64,000 nt of DNA, from NCBI RefSeq assembly GCF_006345805.1, contig NC_042997.1, positions 50,096,001 to 50,160,000 of the forward strand, given 5' to 3'. Of this stretch, positions 12,012 to 24,293 are shown piece by piece; the first letter of the stretch is position 1; each line of letters starts with the position of its first letter. Both the position numbers and the translations under genes were made by a program. The notes beneath the pieces were generated by a model that searched no databases, was not told the DNA's origin, and worked only from the letters and a program-made list of their open reading frames with translations. The DNA comes from Octopus sinensis (lineage: Eukaryota).

Positions 12012-12246
12012 CTGTTTCTTTACTACCCACAAGGGGCTAAACACAGAAGGGACAAACAAGGACTGACAAAGGAATTAAGTCAATTACATCGACCCCAGTG
12101 CGTAACTGGTACTTATTTAATCGACCCCGAACGGATGAAAGGCAAAGTCGACCTCGGCGGAATTTGAACTCAGAACGTAACGGCAGACGAAATACGGCAA
12201 CGCATTTTGCCCGGCGTGCTAACGTTTCTGCCAGTTCGCCGCCTTC
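12012..12246 (-). mobile_element. SINE family A, full length
   Basis: Reverse complement of 12829-13065. Confidence 0.9.
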
Positions 12247-12828
12247 CAATCTGTGTATAAATGACATTTCAGGGATAGACAATCGACAGTTTTATTGTAC
12301 TACGTAAAATATTAGGTTAATTAGTCGCCAATTTCTTAATCCATAATTGTATCATTTGATCAATATATGAATAAATCAACCGAAACAATTTGTGGGGAAA
12401 TTGTATAAACGGAAACTGTGCGGAAATCTGTCGTGTGGACTACACGTGCAGTTCGAAAATCCCAGTGCTACACTGATTCTGGCTCAGTAATAGAAGTATA
12501 TATGTTATACTCTGCCATTTACATTACAATTCAATGAATAGACATTCTCGCCTGTTGTCGTATACTTCGGTCACGTCTTGCTCTTTATTTCCTTCTCTTC
12601 CGCTAGCGGGCTTGTTTCCCAACCACTCTCTTTTCTCTCTCCGAGGTTAGCAATAGTGTAGGCGAACAAAACAAGAGAAGACAACTGTTACAGGAATGAA
12701 AGAAAAAGAGGGGACGAGTGAATGATACAGCAACACAGTTAAGGACGAAACAAAACAACAAAACTCATACTTAAAATAACATTAAGAAGGCGTTAATCGT
12801 CATTTTTGATTATGGACAGGCGTTGACA

Positions 12829-13065
12829 CGGAGGCGACGAGCTGGCAGAGTGGTTAGCACGCCGGGCGAAATGCTTTACGGTATTCCGTCTGCCGCTACG
12901 TTCTGAGTTCAAATTCCGCCGACGTCGACTTTGCCTTTCATCCTTTCGGGGTCGATTAAATAAGTACCATTTGCACACTGGGGTCGATATAATCGACTTA
13001 ATCCGTTTGTCTGTCTTTGTTTATCCTCTCTGTGTTTAGCCCCTTGTGGGTAGTAAAGAAATAGG
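12829..13065 (+). mobile_element. tRNA-derived SINE, family A (AGGCGGCGAGCTGGCAGA head; GTCGACTTTGCCTTTCATCCTTTCGGGGTCG core)
   Basis: Copies at ~7965-8093 and 11987-12009 (split by the RTE), 12012-12246 (-), 13262-13680 (+, two), 14217-14430, 15400-15600, 18862-19055, 35745-36060 (-, two), 37020-37157, 41395-42280 (cluster of about four), 48320-48570 and 59063-59286. Confidence 0.9.
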
Positions 13066-14531
13066 ATAGGCGTAGACTGTTAGAGAAGACACTTGGTAAC
13101 ATTGTAGAATCTATAGCATATGAGTTGTTGGCTTGATTATAACCAGTGTGAAAATAAATTCATCTGACTGAAAACATGTTTATAGTCAGGAATGGTGACG
13201 AAAATCATCGGATTTTAATTTTTGATTCGTAATTTCTGTCGTTAAAATTTTCCGTACATCCAAAGGCGGCGTTCTGGCAGAATCGTTAACACGCCGGGAA
13301 AAATGCTTAGCGGCATTTCGTCCGTCTTTATGTTCTGAGTTCAAATTCCGCCGAGGTCGACTTTGCCTTTCATCCTTTCGGGGTCGATAAATTAAGTACC
13401 AGTTACGCACTGGGGTCGATTCAATCGACTTAATCCGTTTGTTTGTCCTTGTTTGTCCCCTCTATGTTTAGCCCCTTGTGGTCAATAAAGAAATAGAATC
13501 GTTAGCAAGCTGGGAAAAATGCTTAGCAGCATTTCGTCCGTCTTTACTTTCTGAGTTCAAATGCTACCGGGGTCGACTTTGCCTTTTATCTTTCAGGATC
13601 TTTAAAGTAAGTACTAGCTGGGGACGGTATAATCGACCTGACCTCTTCACCGAAATTGCTGGCCCTGTGCCAATATTTGAAACCAATATATTTATATCAT
13701 TGACGTGACATGCGGTCAGTAAAATAATTTACTTTTTTTATATTTCTTCTAGGTAGTAGTAATTACTTATTACTTAATATACCTCATACACTACATGTTA
13801 GAATCCAACGAAAGTTTATTATTTTGTACTGTATCTCCAAAAAAGGATTCATTTTTGCCTACCATCTTTACTTAGCTTCAAATCTAAGAATTCTATATCA
13901 TTGCTTACGTTTTACATCATCTGTAGAAGCTTTTTCCGATGTTTCTATATGTAGACGCTGACATAGCTCTTTGAATACTTAACGTTCGTCACCATTACCA
14001 AACAGATAAAACAACTTTTATCTCTTTGGCAACATTGGAACGTGTGTTATATGGTAGATAAATTCTACAGCACAACGGAATTTGCTTTTATCCTTACCAG
14101 GGGAAGTATTACAGGTTTCAACGAATGTCTCCGTTGGAAAATATCTGAATGTTGCTAAATGGGTCCACCTTCATAATCGCTTCTCCATATTATTCCCTTT
14201 TTTTTTATATATATAAAAGGCGGCGAGCTGGTAGAATTGTTTGGAGCTCGGACGAAATGCTTCAAGTTATTTATTCGGGCTCTTTTCATTTTCAATTCTA
14301 ATCCTGCCATGGTCAACTTTGATTTTAATCCTTCTGATGTCGATAGGATAAAGTATCAGCCAAATGCCGTGATCACTAATATTAGCTACCCCTACTCCTA
14401 AAAGTTCTGGCATTCAGCGTAAATCAGAAGTCGTATCCATTTTTATGTACACCCATGGCATATACATTGCATCAACTTCAGTTCATATAACGCACACACA
14501 TACATACATATAAACATACACACATACATAT

Positions 14532-14616
<85 letters not shown>

Positions 14617-14618
<2 letters not shown>

Positions 14619-14878
14619 GATTGGTTTTATACTGTCAATCTAACATGAACGTGGCAGTAGGGGGTTACACCACCGTTGTTTAGCCCTAGGAAGCATCGAC
14701 GCTTCCTGATGGCTTTGACACATTTTTCCTGTGTCCTTATATACATTTATATATATAAGGACACAGGAAAAATGTGTCAAAGCCATCAGGATGCGTAGAT
14801 GCTTCCTAGGGCTAAACAGCAGTGGTGTACCCCCCTACTGTCACGTTCATGTTAGATTAACAGTATAAAACCAATCTA
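14617..14878. repeat. Foldback (~125-bp arms, tiny spacer) built from a fragment of the same retrozyme-like family
   Basis: GATTGGTTTTATACTGTC...CCTGTGTCCTTATATA is followed by its reverse complement. The arm segment TAGCCCTAGGAAGCATCGACGC..TGGCTTTGACACA matches TAGCCCCAAGAGATCGTCGTC..TGGCTTTAGACACA at ~54.40-54.44 kb. Confidence 0.8.
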
Positions 14879-14928
14879 TCGCCCCACCACCGTACATATC
14901 TCTACGAGAGATTTAGAAATTTAATATT

Positions 14929-14978
<50 letters not shown>

Positions 14979-14999
14979 TATATATACATGCATACATAT

Positions 15000-15204
15000 C
15001 TTTTACTCTTTTACTTGTTTCAGTAATTTGACTGCGGCCATGCTGGAGCACCACCTTTTAGTCGAGCAAATAGACCCCAGGACTTATTCTTTGTAAGCCT
15101 AGTACTTATTCTATCGGTCTCTTTTGCCGAACCGCTAAGTTACGGGGACATAAACGGACCAGCATTGGTTGTCAAGCGATGTTGGGGGAGGGGGACAAAT
15201 ATAG

Positions 15205-15235
<31 letters not shown>

Positions 15236-15402
15236 CATATGTACGACGGGCTTCTTTCAGTTTCCGCCCACCAAATCCACTCAGAAGACTTTGGTCGGCC
15301 CGAGGCTATAGTAGAAGACACGTGCCCATGGTGGCATGCAGTGGAACTGAACCCAGAACCATGTGGTTGGTAAGCAAGCTACTTACCAAACAGCTACTCC
15401 TG
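15000..15402 (-). mobile_element. tRNA-derived SINE, family B
   Basis: Reverse complement of the 6012-6425 sequence. Confidence 0.88.
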
Positions 15403-16004
15403 ATGGCAGAATCATTATCGCCTCGAGCAAAATGCTTAGCGGCATTTCGTCCCTCTTTACGTTCTGCGTTCATATTTCACTGAGGGCGACTTTTTCTTTC
15501 ATCATTTTGGGGTCGATAGAAAAAAGTTGAAAAGTAGGGTCTATGTAATCGACTTACACTCTCCTCCGAAATAGCTGGCGTTGTGTCAAAATGTGCGCCT
15601 AATACACAATTCATTTAGAACCATATTTCTCAATGACCTTTATCAATGGGATATAAAGATATTGAAACAAATGTTTACAGTTGTTGGTAAAATCAGACCC
15701 ATTAGTATAGAAGACTTAAGTTCAACTTGATGTGAACTTTAATTTAGTCTATACTATAGACGATAAGTCTATGATTCATTTGAAGATTAATTAAAATACA
15801 TGCTAAAGAAAAACAGTTATTTCCATCAATATAATAAAATTATCTAAGAAAATGGATTCGTACCCAATTAAAATTGAATTAATTAATTAATTAATTAATT
15901 TTAAACAGTAAGAAAAGAGGACTATTCTACTAGATTAGAAAACTATAGATTGAAAATAGCTTGTCACGTGAATGACATCACGATCATACATACATACATA
16001 CATA

Positions 16005-16330
16005 CATACCTTCTTGGGTCATGAATGACCATGAGATTGCACCTAGAAAGTTACTCTCCGAGACACTAGTCCGGATAAGGTTGTTTATGGATGACCAGCA
16101 GTCACCCATACCAGCCTCCCTTCTCCATACCACCGATGTTGTCCAAGGGAAAGGCAAAGGCCGATAGAGCTTAGGACTAGTGACATCGCAACTCATTTTT
16201 ACGGCCGAGTGAACTGGAGCAACGTGAAATAAAGTGCCTTGCTCAAGAGCACCACACACAGCCCGGTCAGTCCGGAAATCGAATTCATTACTTCATGATT
16301 GTGAGCTCGACGCTCTAACCATTGAGCCAT
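16005..16330 (-). mobile_element. SINE family C
   Basis: Reverse complement of 21289-21620, with an (ATGT)n tail. Confidence 0.85.
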
Positions 16331-16482
16331 ATAATACTTTCTTTAGTTTGGAAATAACTTGCTTTGAAAAAGCAAGCGCATTCTTATCGCATCGTTGTCC
16401 GCGTTCCTCCAGCCAATCAGACAGCATGTTTTCTAATGGCTGTTACTTTCGACGGATATTTGTCCTCATCTTGTTTGTTGTT

Positions 16483-16528
16483 AACACAACGTTTCGGCTG
16501 ATATACCCTTCACCCTTCGTCAGGTGTC
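16483..16528 (-). ncRNA. Minimal hammerhead motif (Penelope-type, second family)
   Basis: GACAC-CUGACGA-A-GGGUG loop CAGCC-GAAA-CGUU/GUGUU, with palindromic AACGUU as stem III and one stem II mismatch. Confidence 0.55.
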
Positions 16529-16595
16529 TTGAGGAAATTTCGAACCTGGGTTCTCATTCCTAGGGTATTTTTCGATGTTATTATCATCATCATCA

Positions 16596-16629
<34 letters not shown>

Positions 16630-16762
16630 CATTGTCATTATTATTGTTGTTATTATTAGTGTTCAAGCGCGGGATACTACCCCAAGATTCCGAGTTCGAT
16701 TCCAAGTAGTGACATGAACACTAACAACAACGACAGCAATAATAATAATAATAATAATGATG

Positions 16763-16795
<33 letters not shown>

Positions 16796-16819
16796 TAATA
16801 ATAATAATAATAATAATAT

Positions 16820-17500
16820 GGATGTAAAGTCTTAGCACCAGTGGAGTATAAATTAAGACATGACAGAGTTGGCCAATATCTACACTGGCTAATAAGTCGG
16901 CATTACAATATCAAAACTGCCGACAAGTGGTATAATCACCACCCTGAGGCTGTAACTGAAGGAGAAAATGTAACCATTCTGTGGGACTTTCCAGTACATA
17001 CAGACCGAACCATCAAGGCCAATAAACCAGATATTGTTGTGAAAGACCAAACAATAAAGTTTGCTTATTGATCGACATGAGCATCCCCTGTGATCATAAT
17101 ATCTCGGCGAAAGAGTTTGACAAGCTCAGAAAATATAAAGACCTACTCATTGAAATTGAGAAAATGTGGCATCTCAAGGCGGTTACAATACCAGTGATCG
17201 TAGGAGCACTAGGAATGATCAAGAAGGGAACCGAAAATTATATGAGAATGATCCCTGGCTTACCATCCCTGCAAGAAGTGCAAAAGATTGTCTTAACTGG
17301 TACATCACACGTATTGAGAAGAGCATTGTCGATGTGAGAACTGTTGCTGCTCATGTATTTTAATTTAACTTAAAAAAAAAAAAAAATGAACGAACTATTG
17401 AGTTTGGTTTAATGGCCTACCAATGTATACTATGAGTTTCTTTGCCCTAGGAGTCGGGAAGACACTCGGCAAGAAATGGAAGCAAATTGAAAGAAGAAAA
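16820..17500 (+). mobile_element. 3' fragment of an R4/Dong-like LINE (REL endonuclease) in an (AAT)n tract
   Basis: Motifs RHDRVGQYLHW, WDFPVHTD, NKPDIVV, IDMSIP and KYKDL..EIEKMW. (AAT)n flanks both sides. Confidence 0.85.
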
Positions 17501-17530
17501 AAAAGTAATAATAATAATAATAATATAATA

Positions 17531-17586
<56 letters not shown>

Positions 17587-17633
17587 TCGAAAAATACCTT
17601 AGGAATGGGAACCCAGGTTCGAAATTTCCCCAA

Positions 17634-17679
17634 GACACCTGAAGAAGGCTGAAGGTTATATCAGCCGAAACGTTATGTT
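17634..17679 (+). ncRNA. Minimal hammerhead motif, second copy of the 16.5-kb family
   Basis: GACAC-CUGAAGA-A-GGCUG loop CAGCC-GAAA-CGUU/AUGUU. Stem II is perfect; the first pair of stem I is mismatched. Confidence 0.55.
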
Positions 17680-18159
17680 AACAACAAACAAGATGAGGAC
17701 AAATATCCGTCGAATGTAAATAATGTAAATAATGTACATAATTCCTCATCTCTTAATTAGAGACCTGTATACCTTATTCACGTTTGCTGAATGTCTTCAT
17801 GCTGTAAGCCTCTCTGATTTATATTTTTAACTCATTCTCTATTAAATTTAACATGTTACTCTAGGCCTTAAATGTTTGTGCATATCCATCTCGAAGTCTG
17901 TCATTCGCTGGGGTCAAGGTAGGACAACTGTTGTGCTGTTGGTGCCTATCGAAACCGAAACATGTGACATAGCTGTCCTACTGTTTTCAGACAACCAGAT
18001 TGTCTTTTCTTTGATGACATATCAGTCTCGGAGGATACTTGATTTATGAGGTTATCTCCCCTTTACGTTTGGATATACGCGCATTTTGCACAATGCGTTT
18101 GTTTATTTTTCTCTCTTAGGAAACATAATTGCAATCATCCAAGATTTCATCGTCTCTGG

Positions 18160-18474
18160 CACGTGTATGTGGTGTGTGTGCGTGTGTGTGTGCGAGCGTA
18201 TGTGCATGCAAATATGTCTTTGTGGTTGTGTGTGCCTGTGTTTGTGCCTGTGTGTGCGGATGCGTGTTTGTTTGTGTGTACGAGTGTGTGTGTGCGTCCG
18301 TGCGTGTATGCATGTGTGTGTGGTTGTGTGAGTGTATGTGGTGTGTGTGTGTGCGTGTATATGTGCAAGCAAATTTGTCTGTGTGGTTGTGTGTGCGCGT
18401 GTGTGTGAATGCGTGTCTGTGTGTTTGTGTGTGCGTGTACGAGTATGTGTGTGTGCGTGTACAAGTGTGTGTGT

Positions 18475-18506
<32 letters not shown>

Positions 18507-18540
18507 TGTGTGTGTACGAGTGTCTGTGTGTGTGTAAAGT
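18160..18540. repeat. Degenerate (GT)n array
   Basis: Direct reading. Confidence 0.95.
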
Positions 18541-18666
18541 ACATTTGCTACTGCCACTATATCTTCAGATAAATAAGTTAATATTAAATGATTTCAGAGC
18601 CTGATAAATAACGCATATGGAACAGAGTAAAAGAGCTGAAAATACAACGATGCCTTGTTTAAGTTA

Positions 18667-18701
<35 letters not shown>

Positions 18702-20674
18702 CGGTCACAAAACAATGAACTATTTATTAAGCACTGATACATTATCAATTTGAAACGGTATTAGCAAAGGTTAGCTATAATCTACAGAAGCACAAACTTT
18801 TATACTCTTAGCTTCAACATTTTTCCAAACATTTATATATGAATGACTATATCTGTTTCCTCAAGGCGACGAGCTGGCAAAAATGCTAGCACGCCGGGCG
18901 AAATGTTTAGCAGTATTTCGTCTGTCTTTACGTTCTGAGCTCAAATTCTGTCGAGGTCGACTGTGCCTCTCGGGGTTGATAAATTAAGTACCAGTTGCGT
19001 ACTGGGGTCGATCTAATCGACTGGCCCCATCCCCAAAATTTCGGTCCTTGTACTTTTTCATTCTTTCTTGATTTTTGTTTTCATTTTCAATCTTTACTTC
19101 ATTCTTTTATTTTCTTCTCCGTCTCCTTTTTTCACCAATTCTCTTTTTCTTTATTGCTTACCAATAACTTTCTTTCATTCTTCTTTTATTTCCTTCTCTT
19201 CATTTTATTCTTTCTTTTCCTTATTTTACTTGCCTTGCTCCTCCTTTGTTTGTTTGCTTCTTTCTTTCTTTCTTTCTTTCTTTCTTTTTCTTTCTTTCTT
19301 TTCGCTCCCTGTCTATCTATCTATCTATCTGTCTGTCGGCTTGTCTGTCCATTTCTTTCTTCCTGTCTCTCTCCCCCTCTCCCATCTCTCTCGGCTTCCC
19401 ATTTCGTAGTAAATTATAAATTTCGTTGTGTTGGCATTCATTTTTAATCCTAATTTCTCTCCAAAATCTCTTATAATTTTTCATAGCTTTTTAAATCTTA
19501 CCTTTTCTTTACTTATTTTATTAAATATTATTCTTGCATTTGATCACCCTTTAATTTCTCTACTGTTATCTCATCTCTGTCCCTATTTCTCTCCTTCATG
19601 CTTTATATACACAAAATTCGCACATAACGGTTAGGCTGTTTCTATATACACGATTGCTTGAGCATTAATTTAGCATTTTAACTGAATGGAACAAATTAAA
19701 CAAAATCCGAACAATATGCCGTAAGTTCAAAGCTCTCGGGAAAACTAAAGAATGTGTAGGCAGGCAGGAATCTAGGTTTGACAGACACCATCAATACTTA
19801 TCAAGAACCGCTTAGCGTTCCTTAATTTGAAAATGCCAAATATGTAGCCATGGCAACAGAAAAAGATTTGAGTCAGTTGATGAATTAGTAAATGTCTAAA
19901 TAATTTAATCAAGTCACGTTGCAGTGACTGTCTTCAGTTTGAAGAGGGGGAAAAGCACCACCAAATAGCATTATTTATTATATAGGTATAAAGTCCAAGG
20001 TCACACAAAGAAGGAAGAAGACAAAGTAGATTTGATCAGCAACAGATAAATCGCTGGCATTTGTTTTGACAAATCTAGAAGGAAGAAAAGCAGTCGATTC
20101 CCGTCGGGATTTCAATCTCGAAGTTGAAGGGATATCACTTTGATAAATTGCTTTATATTTTCTGCTCCTCGAATGACTTAGTAATGACAACGACGACAAA
20201 TATGGCGATGATGACGGTGGCAATGATAATGATGATTGTGGTGGTAATGATGGTGATGGTGATTATAATAATGATAGTGTTGTTGGCAATGATGGTCGGC
20301 TTGTCGGGGTGTTAATTGGCGATCAAGATGGTGGCGGAAATGGCAGGGATCCTGTATACTTGTCATATGTATTCGAAAAAATATTACAATCAGAAAACAA
20401 AGGAAACACCTTTCGCATAAATTATTCCAGTATTTTTTTTTAAGTGCTGCTTCACTGATACAATAGCATTTTTAAGGTTCCATGATAGAAATAAGAGTTG
20501 TATCCCTGATATTTATAGGGTCTCCGAAACCCAAATTATCATTACACGAGAGAATTGGCCTCTCCTCTTACATGGTAGGACATTCTTCTAAATTCACCCA
20601 AGCATTAAGTGATGGGATTATACCAAAGAACGGATTAAGTATACCACCAAAGAAGTGATATATATATATATATA

Positions 20675-20727
<53 letters not shown>

Positions 20728-20904
20728 ATGTTTAAGCATTTGTATTCGTTTCTGAGTACTTACCAAATAAATTAATGCTACAGAGGGACGACGATATGAA
20801 AGCGGTATAAAGATATATAAAGCTCTGGATAAGTCTACAGAGTGCAGACTCATGCAAATCTCAGCATCTCTTTCGAATTCCTAACGCCAAATATCTTATA
20901 CATA

Positions 20905-21171
20905 GGTACGTACGTGTATATGTATGTGTGTATGTATGTATGTATGTATGTATTATGTATGTATGTATGGATGTATGTATGTATGTATGTATATATGTGT
21001 GTATGTATGTATGTATGCATGTATGTATGTATGTATGTATGTATTATGTATGTATGTATGTATGTATGTATGTATGTATGGATATATGTATGTATGTGTG
21101 TATGTATGTAAGTATGTATGTATATATGTATGTAAGTATGTATGTATGTATGTATCATGTATGTATGTATG

Positions 21172-21205
<34 letters not shown>

Positions 21206-21970
21206 TGTGTGTATGTATGTATTATGTATGTATGTATGTATGTATTATGTATGTATGTATGTGTGTATGTATGTATGTATGTATGTATGGCTCAGTGGTT
21301 AGAGCGTCGAGCTTACGATCGTGAGGTTGTGAGCTCGAATCCCGGACCGGGCTGCGTGCTGTGTTCTTGAGCAAGGCACTTTATTTCACGTTGCTCCAGT
21401 TCACTCAGCTGTAGAAATGAGTTGCGACGTCACTGGTGCCAAGCTGTATCGACCTTTGTCTTTCCCTTGGATAACACTGGTGGCGTGGAGAGGGGAGGCT
21501 GGTATGCATGGGCGACTGCTGGTCTTCCATAAACAACCTTGCCCGGACTTGTGTCTAGGAGGGTAACTTTCTAGGTGCAATCCCATGGTCATTCATGACC
21601 GAAGGGGGTCTTTACCCTTTACCCATGTATGTATGTATATATTATGTATGTATGTATGCATGTATGTATGTATGTATGTATGTATGTATTATGTATGTAT
21701 GTATGTATGTATGTATGTATGTATATATGTATGTATGTACGTATGTATGTATGTATGTATGCATGTATGTATGTATGTATGTATGTATTATGTATGTATG
21801 TATGTATGTATGTATATATGTATGTATGTACGTATGTATGTATGTATGCATGTATGTATATATGTATGTATGCATGTATGTATGTATGTATGTATGTATG
21901 TATTATGTATGTATGTATGTATGTATATATGTATGTATGTACGTATGTATGTATGTATGCATGTATGTAT
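20905..21970. repeat. Large (ATGT)n array with interruptions, split by a SINE
   Basis: Direct reading. Confidence 0.97.
21289..21620 (+). mobile_element. tRNA-derived SINE, family C (GGCTCAGTGGTTAGAGCG head, CORE-like CTTGAGCAAGGCACTT), inside the (ATGT)n array
   Basis: A-box and B-box-like motifs are present. Reverse-complement copies lie at ~16005-16330 and 46500-46828. Confidence 0.88.
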
Positions 21971-22876
21971 GCAGGAGCAGGTGTGGCTGTATGGTAAGGA
22001 GCTTGTCTCCCAACCACAGTGTTCTGGATTCATTCCCACTGCGTGGCAACTTCGGCAAGTGTCTTCTACTACAGCCACTGGCCGACTAAAGGCTTGTGAG
22101 TGGATTTGGTAGACGGAAACTGAAAGAAGCTCGTCGTATGTATGTGTGTGTGTTTTGTGTCTGTGTTTGTCCTCCCATCACCGTTTGACAACTCGTATTG
22201 GTGTGTTTACGCACCGTAACTTAGCGATCCGGCAAAAAGACCGATAGAATAAGTACTGGGCTTAAAAAATAAGTCTTGGGTGTCAACACATTCAATGTTG
22301 AGAATTTAAAAAATTATTCTGATGAATACAAGGAATAACTTAATGTATGTTTAGGCATTATTATAAACCATTAATTAAAACACAGACTTCGCCGTACTTG
22401 TCGAAGTAATAATGAGAAAAAACATTAAATAAATTGCGGCTCTCGATTGGGGCTCCATATTAGATTGTTTGAGTCCGCACCAGCAAAAACAGCAAGTTTT
22501 TAAGTATTTGAAGAGGGCATGAAAAATGTTTGCCCTAGATGTATTTATTGCAAGAAAGCACTTGGTATCTTTCTCCAACACTCAACGTAGTCCAACATGT
22601 TTCCAGTCATGGAAACATGTTCTCCCTGTAAATACCATTGCAAATCCACACAAATGAATGTTTGAGAAACAAAATAGGAATTTTATAAAGAAGTCTCCAT
22701 AAAACTAACTTTTAAGCATCAAATGGTTATGGGGACCAAGCAGAATAAAATAATAATGAAAGGGGTCCATTGATAGAAAGAATAGTTGTCAAGCGGTGAT
22801 TGGGGGGGGGGGACACAGATACAAAGACACAAAGACACACACACAGATATATACATATACATGTGTATGACTATGT

Positions 22877-22915
<39 letters not shown>

Positions 22916-23001
22916 CACATATATACACGACGGTCTTCTTTCAGTTTCCGTCAACAAATCCACTCACAAGGCTTTATTTCGACTTGATGTGAGTGTATGT
23001 G

Positions 23002-23082
<81 letters not shown>

Positions 23083-24245
23083 GGAAGAAGGAGAGAGAGA
23101 AAGAGAAAGAAGAAATAACAGCGAAATTATTAGTATTCAATATTATCTCTAACATAGATGAAAAATATTCAAAACTACGGTAGGCATCTAAAAATGTTTG
23201 TTAAATATATTGCTAATCAAAATGACTGACATTTTGACAGATATTTTAGAAAAGTTCATGCCTTTGTTTTTGCCAACATTTCAGTAAATATTTCCGTCTT
23301 ATTTATTCCCTTCTTTAATTTTTGTGACAGCTTGAGTGATGGGCATTAAATGGCTTACTACTTGATTGTGAGTTGTAGTGCTACTGGTCCATGCCATCAA
23401 TTTTGAGCTTGATATACTCAACCAACGAACGGTAGCAGGTGACTAATTCCTTTCAACATATGACTTAACTCTTACAGTGGTATTAAAAGAATAAAATATT
23501 TATGTCATCCTTGTGTAAATTGCTTTTAACTTGCTGATCAATGTTATTCATCGGCGCGTATTTATTCTTTTCTGTTGATTTCAGAAATGGGGGAAATGGA
23601 AGATGTAACGTTTATGCTTTTCTTAAGAGCATCAAGAGTATTAGACAATTACTAATCGAAATCGAAATTTGGTTATAGATTCAGTTTGTTGGAAATTTAC
23701 CACCTCTGAAATATATTCACTAACCACATATTTTCACTACTGCCCTTAATTGTATAAAGAGTTTATAATCTTGAAGTTCTTTTTCTTGACCATATGTCTT
23801 ATGGAACTGTCATTGACATATATAACCTTAATTATTTGAACTGTTGTGATAATCGCATTATGGTTTTAGGGTAGCTTCTAGTTTAATTTTTTCTTTTCTT
23901 TTACAGGAGCCTACAAATTAAGTTGTCCATTTTAGTACTGGTTTATTGCTGATTTATTGGGTTCGACTTCAAAAACATTCTAATAATTTTAGCTGAGCCT
24001 GATATGAAATACCTAAGTTACATGCCTATAAAATATGTGTACGGAAGTTAAGATGGCAAAGTGGGTGTGATCACACTTGAGATATTGCAAGGAGCCTCAG
24101 TGTGGCCTCTCGAACGATTCAAAATAGGAGTCGAGTGGTCCTCAAATTACACCTCACTAACAGCAACGAACACATTAAGAAAACGGATGGTCACAGTTAG
24201 AATGCTGACAGGAAAAAAAACATCAACAACTGAGAGCTTTTACGT

Positions 24246-24293
<48 letters not shown>

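Noticed and set aside
21289-21355. tRNA-like cloverleaf heads (also at 6012, 12829 and 31500-31572)
   Set aside because: They run straight into multi-copy SINE bodies and lack a proper acceptor stem, so they are not tRNA genes.
23560-23910. Polypyrimidine-AG acceptor-like sites suggesting host exons
   Set aside because: No convincing donor or ORF; such sites are common in AT-rich DNA.
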